This document shows positions 16,071-28,809 of a stretch of DNA of 64,000 nt, in pieces; the first letter of the stretch is position 1; each line of letters opens with the position of its first letter. Origin of the DNA: Eledone cirrhosa (taxonomy: Eukaryota); the NCBI GenBank assembly GCA_964016885.1, contig OZ024740.1, positions 97,216,001-97,280,000 of the forward strand. Direction: 5' to 3'. The notes below the pieces were generated by a model that was not told the DNA's origin, ran no database searches, and saw only the letters and a program-made list of their open reading frames with translations. Made by a program: the position numbers and the translations under genes.

Positions 16071-17630
16071 ATACAACCATTGTTATTAAAACATTTAGGC
16101 TTAGGACCATTTCACTAGACTAACCAGAAATGAAAGAATGTTTGATCTTGGATCAGTAGTTTATCAGAGAACAGATACGTTTAAATGATTTACCTTATAT
16201 GTTTTAATATAGCTGTAGCAGAAATGCTGTGACATTTTAAGCTAAGTTGTAAATAATTTCAAGGTAGCATTAAACCAACATTTTCTAATGAGGTGATCCT
16301 GATAGAGTGTATACTGTCAAAAATTGGTTAGCACCAGATGAATCCTTATTGAACAAGCTTATTATAAACATATTCCAGCCACTTAAAATAACAGAGAAAA
16401 CAGTGATTTCAAATTATGGATGCATACAATAATAATCAATATTTAAAAATGATATAATATTTACGTTCAGTAACTACAGATATTTCACTTACTATAATAT
16501 ATTACTACTAATGATAATATAGACTTCATATAGAGCTAGATTTATATCAACAGGAATTAAGTCATATTATCACTATGCATATAAGGCTATACATATATAA
16601 CTATATATACTTATATATATATTTATATATATATATTTATCAATCAATGATTGAGTAAGCATATGATGAATTCACATGCGTAATACATATCCAACAATAA
16701 ACTTTTAATGTGAAATAATCCCGTCTTAACCACTCTTGTTTGATAAATGAATACTCCGTCACTCCTAATCACCAACTCTTACCTGGGAGAAACTACTACG
16801 GCGAAGTGCTTGTGGATGACTTAGATCAGCTTATTCTCATCAAGTTGCAATGTAACAATTTCATATAAGCAACCTATTTTCTGCAATATATATGACAGAG
16901 AGCGGTCTGTCTGTTTTCCCTTGTTTTTGTCCTGTGTACTCCCATTTTGAATTTACATTCTAAAGAATTAGCCATGTTACCTTCTTTTGAAACTATATAG
17001 ATATATATATACCCTTGGGTCACAAATAATGGTTGGGGTTGGAAAATCAGTAACGTTTCTAGGATGTCTCCATTGATTTTTGTAAAAATCAGAATTAGTC
17101 ATTAAGTTAAGCTATTGAGACCCAACCCGTTCTATTTATATTAAAATGTATAGGATTTCTAGTAATGTACTTTTTTTGTCATGAATCATATTTCCTAATG
17201 TCTATACTTCTGCATAGATTCATTAAAAAATATTTTATTATCTTTTGCATTGTAGAACATCTGCACATTTACTAAGTTCACAATAGTTAAAATGAAATCT
17301 ATTGTTCCTAATACATGCAAACAAAGCAAATTATAGTATATCAGCGAAAACACACACAAAGAAATAGGCAAAGTACCACTGGAATAAATCTAAGTAAATA
17401 CCTATAGCTAACCAAGACAAATATTTTTGTAAAATCTTTTTACTTCTACAAAGCAGAAAGCAAAATACTCTGCAGTTTCACAAATATATAAAGGTAAAAT
17501 TTAAATTTTTAGCCATGAGTTTCCTCTTCATTGATCTGCGTATTGGATGCAGGAAAGATTTTGTATGAATTTTCAAACAGAAATTTACAATAAATTGAAG
17601 TGAAAATCATGGGATGCATGTGTTTTATAA

Positions 17631-17715
17631 GCAGCATGACCCTCCCAAAGTATAACAATATCTGTTTCAACAAACGTTTTCAGATAAGAAATCTTGTATA
17701 ACAAATTCAAAAATA
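17631..17715 (+). mobile_element. Solo 3' end/tail of the hairpin HHR element family
   Basis: CATGACCCTCCCAAAGTATAACAATATC.GTTTCAAC...CAGATAA..AATCTTG..AACAAATTCA matches 48183-48270; followed by (TA)n. Confidence 0.75.
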
Positions 17716-17744
17716 TATATATATATTATATATATGTGTGTATG

Positions 17745-18160
17745 TGTGTGATGCCTATGTGCAAACTGCAATGTTACATGGCAGAGAAACATGGGCCTTG
17801 AATGTAGAAAACCTGCAGAGGTTAGAAGGAAAAGAGTTGAGTATGCTCCAATGGATGTGTAAAGTTAGGGTGCATTAGCAACGTAACATAAGCAAACTGT
17901 TAGAAAAACGTGGCATAGGTGGAATTGGATGTAGTGTGCAAGAGTGAAGACTGTGTAAGTATGGACATGTGATGCACATGGAAGATATCAGCTGCATAAA
18001 GAAAAGTAGACAAACTCCAGTTGCTGGGACCCATGGAAGAAGTAGAGCCAGCAAGACACGGGATGAGTATGTGAAGGTTGACCCTGAAAAACTAAGCCTC
18101 ACAACCGAAATGACTAAGGATGGTGAGGGCTGGTGATATGTGATGCTAAAAAGATCCGAC
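17745..18160 (+). mobile_element. Decayed RTE 3' fragment
   Basis: DAYVQTAMLHGRETWALNVENLQRLE..YGHVMHMED..SRASKTRD; stops present. Confidence 0.8.
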
Positions 18161-18212
18161 TACCTAATTTGCATATCGAGTGAGTTAATCGACCGGGTGC
18201 ACCGAAAGGTAT

Positions 18213-18255
18213 ACGGTGCTGACGATAGCTAATAAGCTTGAAACTAGTACATCGT
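18213..18255 (+). ncRNA. Type I hammerhead ribozyme motif
   Basis: ACGGTG-CTGACGA-T AGCT AATA AGCT T-GAAA-CTAG-TA-CATCGT. 6-bp stem I, palindromic ACTAGT stem III, GUA triplet; U-U at the base of stem II. Confidence 0.75.
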
Positions 18256-18460
18256 TCCTTTATCAGTGTTGAACAAAAAAGCAACGATGGTTGCTAAACA
18301 CTGTACGTCTTAATTCGGGATGTTTGTTTATAAACAAACCGAGCATTATAATAAATGTTCGGTGAATCCATACGTACATATATATATGTGTGCATGTATT
18401 TATATATATATACATACTACTGTACGTCTGTATACATATATGTATGTGCGTACACATACT

Positions 18461-18493
<33 letters not shown>

Positions 18494-18512
18494 ATGTATA
18501 TATATATATATA

Positions 18513-18614
<102 letters not shown>

Positions 18615-19859
18615 CATATAAATATACACACACACACATATACATGTATGTGTGTGTCTATATATTATGTATCCACGCATGCATCCATGTATATATATAT
18701 ATTTGAATGAATCAGGAATGTTACATATATTTGTTGTAGCAAATAACTCATTACTAATGTAGAATGATTTCTGTGATTTCCTGCAATTTCTCTATTACAA
18801 AAGAAATATTTCTATTTCGTCTATAAAAAAAAAAGTCTATATATGATTGCAGCGAAATATAACCATTTCAAGAAATTTATGAAATACGTGACTATATGTA
18901 TTTTTGCCATTTTAAGCAACCAAATTCTGGAGGCAATTGGAAGACATATCAACAAAATGTTCGATGTTGAATGCTTTAAACACTTTCATCAAAGTAAAAA
19001 TAGCCTCGTAATGGATAAGTGTATAAAAGACTGTGATTTTCATCTTGGGCAGAGATTGCAAACTAATAACAGTCAACAAATTCAAACCCAGCTGGGACAC
19101 TGAAGACTACACACACATATGTATGTATATATATACGTATGTATGCACATTAGTAATAATAATATAGCTGCCTTTATAAATAAATAAAGGTACATAAAGT
19201 ACTAATATATTCACATATTTATACAGCTAAATACACCCACATCATCATCATATATAAATATGTTTGTTTATTTATCTATTTATTTATTGTGCTGTTAGTT
19301 ATTTACACTTACACATACAAATAAGCACAAATATTGCTAACGCATTTCATTTTCACTTCCATACACATGCACACAGATGTTTTCTGCACATATATACACA
19401 ATTATTGGCATATACACTTCACAAATACGAAACATACAAACTGTATGCTGTCTGAATACATAATAAAATCCCAGTGGTGAAAATGCTTGCTTCCATAAAT
19501 GGTATATCAGCTGTAATTTCAACAATTCCGTACTTATTAGAAAAACTTTCCACATAACTGATAAACTTATTGCAAATACATTGTGGAAGAGACATTTTAG
19601 CCATTTAATATCACACAGAAATCTATTACATTCACTTTCCATTTATTTTGACGTGTACAACCTAGTTACTGAGAAAATTGTTCTGCAGTGAAATGTTTCT
19701 GGATTTTTAATTCTTCCGTTACAATATTTCAAAGAAAAACAATACTGCCTAGGATTTTCAATTCATTTTGAAAAAAATGAAGAATTTAGCAAGATCTAGT
19801 AAAATAACTAACTTTCTGATTCGTAATCTGGTGTTTATGGCATTATTTGGGGAAGACCA

Positions 19860-20890
19860 CCATGTAACACGTAACGGGAAACCGACACTAGGCACGCAGG
19901 GGTCGACCACCCTCTGCAACTGCAGAAACCTCAAAACATGCCCCCTTAGTAATGAATGCCTTAAGAAGAATCTAATATACGGATGTAGGGTTAAAACCCC
20001 GAACTCCAAACACATATACATAGGAGCCACATCAACGAGCCTTAAAGACCGTTGGAATAACCATCGCCATTCCTTCAATAAGGAGACCAAAAGGAAAAGT
20101 ACGGCTTTTTCCGACCTGATCTGGAAGCTTAAGCTGTACAGGACCCCATACTCTCTGGCCTGGTCCATAATAAGGAAGGTACACACACAGATACTTCTAA
20201 ATGTCAGCAGCAGCAAGACATAGGCTGACCACAACACCAACAACACTACCAAAATAAGCGTAGAGGTCAGATGTACTTAACAATAGCAAAACCAAACACT
20301 ACAGGGAACCTCACCCCAGAAATAATTTCTATAGACTTTTGACTGAGGAATGCTCTCAAAACCGACAAATGGGAAGAGTGACCTTACACATTTTTATAAC
20401 ATTGAGATTGGGTATAACACACACATTTTATTTGATTATTTTATTTTGTTCCTTTACCACCTTATTCCTTCTACCGCTTTATCATTTTTTTAGCCCACTC
20501 TAACACCAACACCACTACCAACATAAGGTTAGAGGTCAGATGTACATAACAATAACAAGAACAACCACTACAGATTGCCTTGCCTCAGAACGAATTTCTA
20601 TAGAATTTTGACTGAGGAATGTTCTCACAACTGACCAATAAGAGGAGAAGATGTCCTTTGACGATGAAATTCGTTTGTTTAAATTCATATGATTCCAGGT
20701 CCTCAGTGAAACAACAACCCAATCAGGAACTGGGCATATCAGAGTATTGACAAATTTAAACCTCTCAACAACATGTGTACTCTCGTCTCTACCACATTAA
20801 TTCGGACTGCCTGAAGAGGTCACAGCCAAAGATGGCTGTCACCGAAATATAAATAGCAGTAATAGACGAAGACAAATTTTAAACATTTGA
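19860..20890 (+). mobile_element. Penelope-like element 3' remnant: GIY-YIG endonuclease fragment plus 3' region with HHR
   Basis: ORF 19768-20223 contains CNCRNLKTCPLSNEC..NLIYGCRV..IYIGAT..LKDRWNNHRHSF..STAFSDLIWKLK..WSII. A ~135-bp direct duplication at 20232-20370 / 20502-20640; HHR at 20806; (TA)n after. Confidence 0.85.
20806..20860 (+). ncRNA. Type I hammerhead ribozyme motif
   Basis: ACTGC-CTGAAGA-GGT C ACAGCCA AAGA TGGCTGT C ACC-GAAA-T ATAA A-TA-GCAGT. Perfect 5-bp stem I, long stem II, AUA triplet. Confidence 0.85.
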
Positions 20891-20906
20891 CTTATTTATT
20901 TTATTT

Positions 20907-20977
<71 letters not shown>

Positions 20978-22516
20978 TTCATTATTGTTATTATTAGTTT
21001 TATTCAGTTTATTGATTTATAGTTTTCTAGTTTTTTTTAGCTTATTTTGCCTATTTAGTCCCTTGTCCATTATTATATCTTTATCTTTATACTCATCCTT
21101 TGTCGACTTATATATTTCTATCTTTATATTCATCCCTAGTTGGAGTGTATCTTATTGTCTCCTTGACTAACTCGAAGTTTAATTTTAGTCTTCTACATCT
21201 ACGGTTAATGAACCTCATTCTTTCTACAATTAATCTTTGCCTTATTGAATATATATATTATATCTTTATGTTCCTTCTTGTCCTCCATAGTTTTACTTCT
21301 TTCTGTTCCTTTTTGTCCACCATAGTTTTAATTGGAATCTTTACTTTGGATAACGTCAGTCGTCATAACGGAAATTAATATATTTTCGATGAATGTATTA
21401 GCTCATTTATTGGAATATTTTAATTTCTATCGGCATTAGTGATTTAAACTTTGTTCCAAATAGAGTGCACCATAATGTTTATTTTACTTTTAAAAAATTA
21501 ATTAAAATTAATAAGGGTTTCAATTCAATTATTTGACTTTGAATAGTTGTATCATTAGTTTTCACCTAACAGTTTGTTGCGCCTACGCGATTTTGTGTTT
21601 GTGTTTGTTCTTGTTTTCGTTTTGTTTTGCTATGATATACTTTGTTGCTTCTGTCTGTCTTTTCTATCTTTTGTCACTTGTGTCGATGAATATATTGAGT
21701 AAATATGATTTAAATCTTTCTCCCTTGCAATTATATGTCTGGTATTGAAATATTAATATGTAATATTATATTGCTGTATGCATTTGAATTGCCTATATCT
21801 CTACATACCTTATCGTATATTTGCTATGCGCTCATTTATTTTTATTTATATTTTATTTTATCGGTATTTATTGGTAAATATTTACCTGTTACATTTCATT
21901 ATTTATTGTCTATTATATATATATATATTTTTTTACCATACTTTATTTTATTTTATGGTATTATTTTTTACCCTGTGGAATACATTATGTTTTTATACGT
22001 TTTGTTGACTTTGCATGGTACGTTGGAAGTATTTATATTTTTTTAATGTCAATATTTTTTTCATTGATTTTAGTATTGTTTAATCACACCGTCAGGGTGA
22101 TCATTTTATTATAGTGCTTATATTTATATATTTGTGTTAATATATGTATGTGTAAATGTGTATATGTGTATGTACATATATGTGTGTGAGTGCGTGTATA
22201 TATATATATATTAAATTTTATTTCTGTATTATGTATTGCATTGTATTTTATTTCTGTATTATGTATTGCATTGTATTATAATTTTTATATCTTATTTCTC
22301 GCATTATATTACTATGTTGTATTTCGAGTATTGAACTTATATTGTACTTTTAACGTGGCTATTTTAATGTTTGCTTGCTCTCTTGCCCAATAGTTTTTAT
22401 GTACCAATGCACCCTATTAGGTTTGACACGTCTTTCTATGATAATTTTCCAATATGTCCTTCTCTATTCTTCTGAATTTTGGCTTGTTCTAGCCGATGAT
22501 ATTTTTTGTATTTTCC

Positions 22517-22561
22517 TTGCTCTGATGAGTCCTAATTACTGGGACGAAACATTGTCAGCAA
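22517..22561 (+). ncRNA. Type I hammerhead ribozyme motif (canonical GUC site)
   Basis: TTGCT-CTGATGA-GTCC TAATTACTG GGAC-GAAA-C ATT G-TC-AGCAA. Predicted cleavage after C22556. Confidence 0.88.
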
Positions 22562-22705
22562 ATAAAGATTTTTAATGTATTAAAAGCTTCTTTGTTGTTT
22601 TATATAATTTGTCGGCTCTGTTTGATAACATTGAGCTATCTCTTATACTGTCATTTCTCTAATACGACGAGTGTGTTTGACTCTAATGCACTCAAGTATT
22701 TTTAT

Positions 22706-22747
<42 letters not shown>

Positions 22748-23090
22748 TAAACGGAATAGAAAATCTGACAAATTGTTCAGTGAAAAATAGTTTAATTAGG
22801 AATAAGTGAGAATTAGTAATTGTATTGGTTAGTATTCAGTTTTGGTTTTAAGTTTTACCGGTTGCGCATTTCAAATGCTTTTCAAAAATAATTTTGAGAT
22901 AGAGCGTCCGTGATGTTTATATATATACATATATATATACATATATATATATACAAATATATACACGCATACACACATATACCCATACACACATACATAT
23001 ACATATATACATACACATATACATACATATATACATATATACACATATACATATTTTGTCGAGTGGAATTTTAAAAAAAAAGAAGTCAGA

Positions 23091-23150
<60 letters not shown>

Positions 23151-23928
23151 ATAATTTGAACATATATTGAAGCTTTTACAAGATATTTAAGTATCTGGTA
23201 GACATGCAGTGACTAACAACAGAATGTTTTAAGTCTGTGTGTCTGACATATATGCGTAGCTTGTGAATAAACAATTCAAGGGGTGTCGCTGGACGGGGTG
23301 TTCGCTGCCAAACATGTTTTGTAATGTATTGTCTTATTGGCTACTCAACCAACGAGAGTAATTGTTGCTCAAAAGCATCCGCCATTTTGTTTGCACGTTT
23401 ATTTATCGTTTCGCTTTCGAATCTTCTCCTGTTTTTCGTCGTTTTATCATCAAAATATTTTTCTTATTTTGGTAAGTTATATTGTTAATTTATATATGAT
23501 TTTTTTTATTTATATTAACTATTTATTTTCAGTTCTTTATAACATGCTTATAATATTGGTTGTATTATATTTACTTGTATATTTGTCCATATTATTGTTC
23601 GTTTTATGTTAGATTATATTATTATTATTATTATGTTAGATTATTTTTTTATTATTTGTTAGACTATTTGTATGTAATATTTAATTTTTATTAATTCAAC
23701 TGTAACAATTATTATGTAAGATATATTTATTTAATATTGATTGTTTTTTGTAGTTGTTTATATTAAAAGTCTGAAAATATTTTTATACATCTTACAATGA
23801 TATTTATAAGATAATTTATAAAATAACAATTATACAATCTAATTATATTACAACGATGATTTATTATTAATATATATCATGTTTAACTATAATTATGACA
23901 AGCGATGCCTTAAAAAAATATTAAACTA

Positions 23929-24325
23929 GAAAAGTGCGCAGGCTCAACAGAGCCACAGAATGTTATAATAAACCTTCAAAAGTGTGGAACTAGAGTTGTT
24001 GCTCACTCTGTGGCATCCTTTTATAAAAAGAGACTCATAACGAACTGAAGACGACACGATAATTATTTAAGTGAATTTATAATATAGAATTCGGTCTAAA
24101 TGCATTTCGTATTAATCATTACTAAACATCTAATATGAGATATTGAACATTAGCTTAAATAATTATCGTGTCGTCTTAGTTCGTTATGAGTTTCTTTTTT
24201 ATAAAAGGATGCCACAGAGTGTAGGATAGATAATGATTGCAATATTTTTGAACAACAACTTCAGCCCCACACATTTGAAGGTTTATTATAACATTATGTG
24301 GCTCTTTTGAGCTTGCACATTTTTC
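23929..24325. repeat. Imperfect long inverted repeat (foldback)
   Basis: Arm 23929-24071 is the reverse complement of 24154-24325 (CACTCTGTGGCATCCTTTTATAAAAAGA..GACGACACGATAATTATTTAAG). The right arm has a ~28-bp insert. Confidence 0.85.
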
Positions 24326-25055
24326 AGGTCTAGTACAAAATCGAATCTTTGACCTAGGTGTGGTGATTTGACCTATCAAATTTCAGAACAAGACAAACCA
24401 TCTAACCTGTGTCAACATGGGAAATAGACAGAAAATGGTGATGATATATATTGTGTGTGTGTGAAAATGTGTTGAGCTATTTTTATCAGCCTTCCCACCT
24501 AGAAATAGGTCTACTGACTCTGCATTCCCCTTACAAAGCACAATGGTGATGATCATCATCATGAGGATATACATTTAGAGGTAGAAGAAAGGGAAAGGAA
24601 AATAGTGAAGCAGTCGCCTTGAGAGAAAAATGAAAAAAGAAGAAAGAAACAAAGGGACATTTGAGAAGAATGAAAAAGTGCAGATGCAGAAACAAGTATG
24701 ACAAAAAAATATGAAGATGCAAGAGAAAGAAAAATGTTATAAAGTTAGAAACATATTCTAAGTTTCTTCTATCCCCTCTTTCACTGACTCTCCTCTCTCT
24801 TTATACACACTCATATGTGTGTGTGTGCATGTGTAACTAAATGGTGTGTATTGATTTTGTTGTGGGTTACAGTTGTGTTATATAGAGAAGTAAGCAACCA
24901 GATTCTTCAGAAATGGTGCACTATTGCGGGGTGGTGACAAGCATTGGAAAATATCTTATTTCTTCAGGACTTTTCACGCTCATTCTCTGCATGCACATAC
25001 ACACGCATGCACACACGTACACACACACAGATATATGTATATATATATGTATATA

Positions 25056-25170
<115 letters not shown>

Positions 25171-25959
25171 ATATATATATACATATAGGTAATGATAGTT
25201 CACAGCACTGTACATTTGTAAATTGATCAACAATGTGTGGCTAATTAATACTTCTGTATTTTGAACATATGAATAAGACTTGCAGATACTAAATAAAGTA
25301 CACAACACTTCAGGCTATAGAGTGTATCATATTCTTTATTAGGTTACTAGTTTACAGCCCTGTATTCACTACTTTATTTAGTATTTTCAAGACTTATTCA
25401 CATTTGCAAAATACATGAGTTGTATAAGTATCTTCATCATCCTCCTCATCATCATCATATTCACCATCATTACCGTCACAATTATCGTCATCATCATCTG
25501 TTTGATGGGATATTATTAGCACAGCTTGCCTCTACTTCTTTGTCACCAGCGTTTTGAGATCAGCTTTTATCAGATCTCCCTTCGTCTTCTGCAAATCTGT
25601 CTTTTTCCACTAAGGAAGCTGAACGAGCTTCTTGCAAATCGTAGCTTCAGAGATGTACTAGGTCAGTGCTTTTCAACTGGTGTACATATAAGTATTTTCA
25701 GGGTCCACACATAAACAACAGTAAATTGGGAGTTCACAGGTATATTTTAGGGGTGAATGAAAAAATGTTGCTTTCAAAGAAAAAGAGAACACGAATTAAA
25801 ACAAATAAAAATATAAAAGTCAACTAAAAATTTCCCAGTGATTTAATAGAAAAGAAAAAAAACTGGAGAAAAACAACAACCTGAATCAGTGGTGAGGAAG
25901 TATAAATAAATTCATAATTTTATATACATACACACGTGTGTGAATATATATATATATAG

Positions 25960-26308
25960 GAGGAATTTGTAGTTTACTTGAAACATTGTATAAATAATAC
26001 GAAGTTTGAAAGCCACAAGAATGTGAATTGGATGAATAAAGAATAATTAAGTCATTAGAAACAAGGAGTGTTTTTTACCTTACTTTATTTATATGTCCTG
26101 ATATTTAGAGATTAACATATCCTCTTCCAAGGAAAATAAACAAACTATTCCAGTGTCCAGACTGCATCAGACATTGGAATAATTAGTTTATTTTCCTTGG
26201 AAGAAGAGATGTTAATCTCAAAATACCAGGACATGTAAATAAATGAATGTAAAAAACTCTCCTCATTTCTTATAACTTAATTATTTGTTTATTCATCCAA
26301 TTCACATT
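25960..26308. mobile_element. Asymmetric hairpin element with degenerate HHR-like motif in each arm
   Basis: Arms 26020-26157 / 26170-26308. TCCT-TGGAAGA-A-GAGAT GTTA ATCTC-AAAA-TACC-AGGA. Unpaired ~60-bp extension on the left; TA runs on both flanks. Confidence 0.65.
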
Positions 26309-26347
26309 GTCGCATATATATATATATATTCACATTGTCATACATAT

Positions 26348-26381
<34 letters not shown>

Positions 26382-26383
26382 AT

Positions 26384-26461
<78 letters not shown>

Positions 26462-26599
26462 AAGAAGGATGTCAATCCACAAGATCCCAGACCTCAGTCG
26501 CTTACTGTGTGGAGTAGACCACATCAAATAGGAGCAAGAAAACAATGTTTCCTCTGGTTTTTAAATTGCTGATGCTATTTACTGGTCACAACTACTGGC

Positions 26600-26720
26600 A
26601 GAAAGAGCAATGCGAAATAAAGTGTCTTGCTCATGGATATAATACATCACCTTGTCTGTGAATCGAACTCGCAACCTCATGATTGTGGACCCAATTCTCT
26701 TGCTAAGCCAAGCACTAAGT
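26600..26720 (-). mobile_element. tRNA-derived SINE, family B
   Basis: Reverse complement of TGGCTTAG..CACAATCATGAGGTTGCGAGTTCGATTC..TGAGCAAGACACTTTATTTC; related to 29509 and 49297. Confidence 0.75.
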
Positions 26721-27009
26721 TGTTCTCAATCATTTTTTTACCTATAGACCACTTTAATCATATATATATATATATAAATACACACACACACACATATATA
26801 TATGTATATACTTAGGAGACAAAGCAAGTTAAATAGAACAGACATAACTTCAGCCACTTCCCCAATCACTCAATGGACAACTAATTTCAAATTATTAAAA
26901 TTCAAACTCAGATAGCCAACGTGCATACTTTCAGAAATCAGTGTTCAAGATGACTTCATGGGGATAAGATGATATAGCACCTGGACTGTTATAACAATTT
27001 CCACGATCC

Positions 27010-27137
<128 letters not shown>

Positions 27138-28809
27138 AAAAGGTTGCGAACCACTGTAGCAGGAGATAAAATTAACTAACATACAGAAAAACTGAAAGTT
27201 CCTATAAAGTAACCTGCTGATTGAAACAGGCCATAACACTTGTGGCTCAGCCAGTCCATCACTCTCGACTAGTACTCTATTTTATCGACAGTTGGAAAAT
27301 GAAAACAAAGTTGATGCTGGCAGGATTTGAACACAGACTGCAATAAAACATTTTATTTGATACTTGACATATTTCTGCCAACTTGAAACTTAAATATGCC
27401 CATAGAATGATGGTCAGTCTGTGATCAGATATTTGCTTGATGAAGGTTGAATTTTTTGGGGGTGACAGGGTAAGCGGTGGGGGTTATGTAACAATGAAAT
27501 AGACTATGTTTATTGTAGTATAATAGAGTATATATGGTAACAGGAGAGGCACATACGTCTGGTAGTTAGGTGATATGCATCTAGAATGTTCAAAAAGTTT
27601 TACTCTCAGTTAACCCTGATGAAAGTGGCTTATGAATAAAAGCTTTCCATTCAAGACAATTCTGCTTGTTTGCATATTTCCCAATATGTTATTCTTATTT
27701 TCAATGCAGTAAGGTGTTATTTGAGTGTAATTTAACTGTTCATTCTAGTATAGAAAGCCATTGCATAGAAGCACATACAGTGATTGCTGGTCATGATTCT
27801 ATGAGGTGAAAAAGTATTTTGCTACCAAGAGTGGCTGTTTCATTAAACTAACAATATCAACTGCTTTTTAAAAGTATTAACCTACAATTAACTGACAACT
27901 AATCCAAGTAAATATGTTCTTTTTAACTTCTGAATAGTAATTCAGAAATTAAGCACCCATCTAATTATTGTTTGACTGCAGTCACTCAAACAACTTCATT
28001 TATAGAATTCCATATTGTTTTTTGCACTTAAATCTGTAAGAGGTTATCCACTATCTAAAGAACCAAATTTAAAACTAATCATAATCACTATTTTACGTTT
28101 TTTCTATGCTGGCATGGACTTGAGGGTTGTTACAAACCAAGTCAGTACTTTATCAGGGTCACTATTTATTTAGATTGATTAAGGAATCGTGTTTCATTCC
28201 AATTTGTCCCATTTTTTGGCATGGTTTCTTCCCATTTTTGGCATACTCTTCCTATTGCTAACCACTTTAGAGACAACACTTGGTGCATTTTTAGTATGGC
28301 AAAATATATATAAAGCCAGATATATAATGATAAAATGGTTAAAAACATTCATTCAACCCATGGCAGATATGTGGTGTGATTTTCACTGTGAGCATTCACC
28401 AAGAACACCATATAAGTTGGTTGATTATATGAAGGGTACATGTAGAAGCCATGACAAATATAGAATATATGAACAAGATGAGGTCTCTTTGATCTCATTC
28501 ATAGTGTATGTTGACAAAACATACAAACCATGTAAGCAGAAAAGCTGGATCTAAAATGATGATGATAATATATTTTCAGACAGAATGCTTTGTGTTATTC
28601 ATTCTGGATCCCTGTCGTCTGATTTCGAGCCTTGCCAAGGTTAAATTATCCTTTTATCCTCTCTCTCTATCTCCCCCCCCCCTCTCTCTCTCTCTCCACA
28701 GGAAGAAACCACCCTTGAGGAGGTATGAACATCACCAGAACTAAAATGTGTAACCCTTTTAATATCTCATGATTGTACCCTTATGATTCCATTAGGATTT
28801 ATGGAAACA

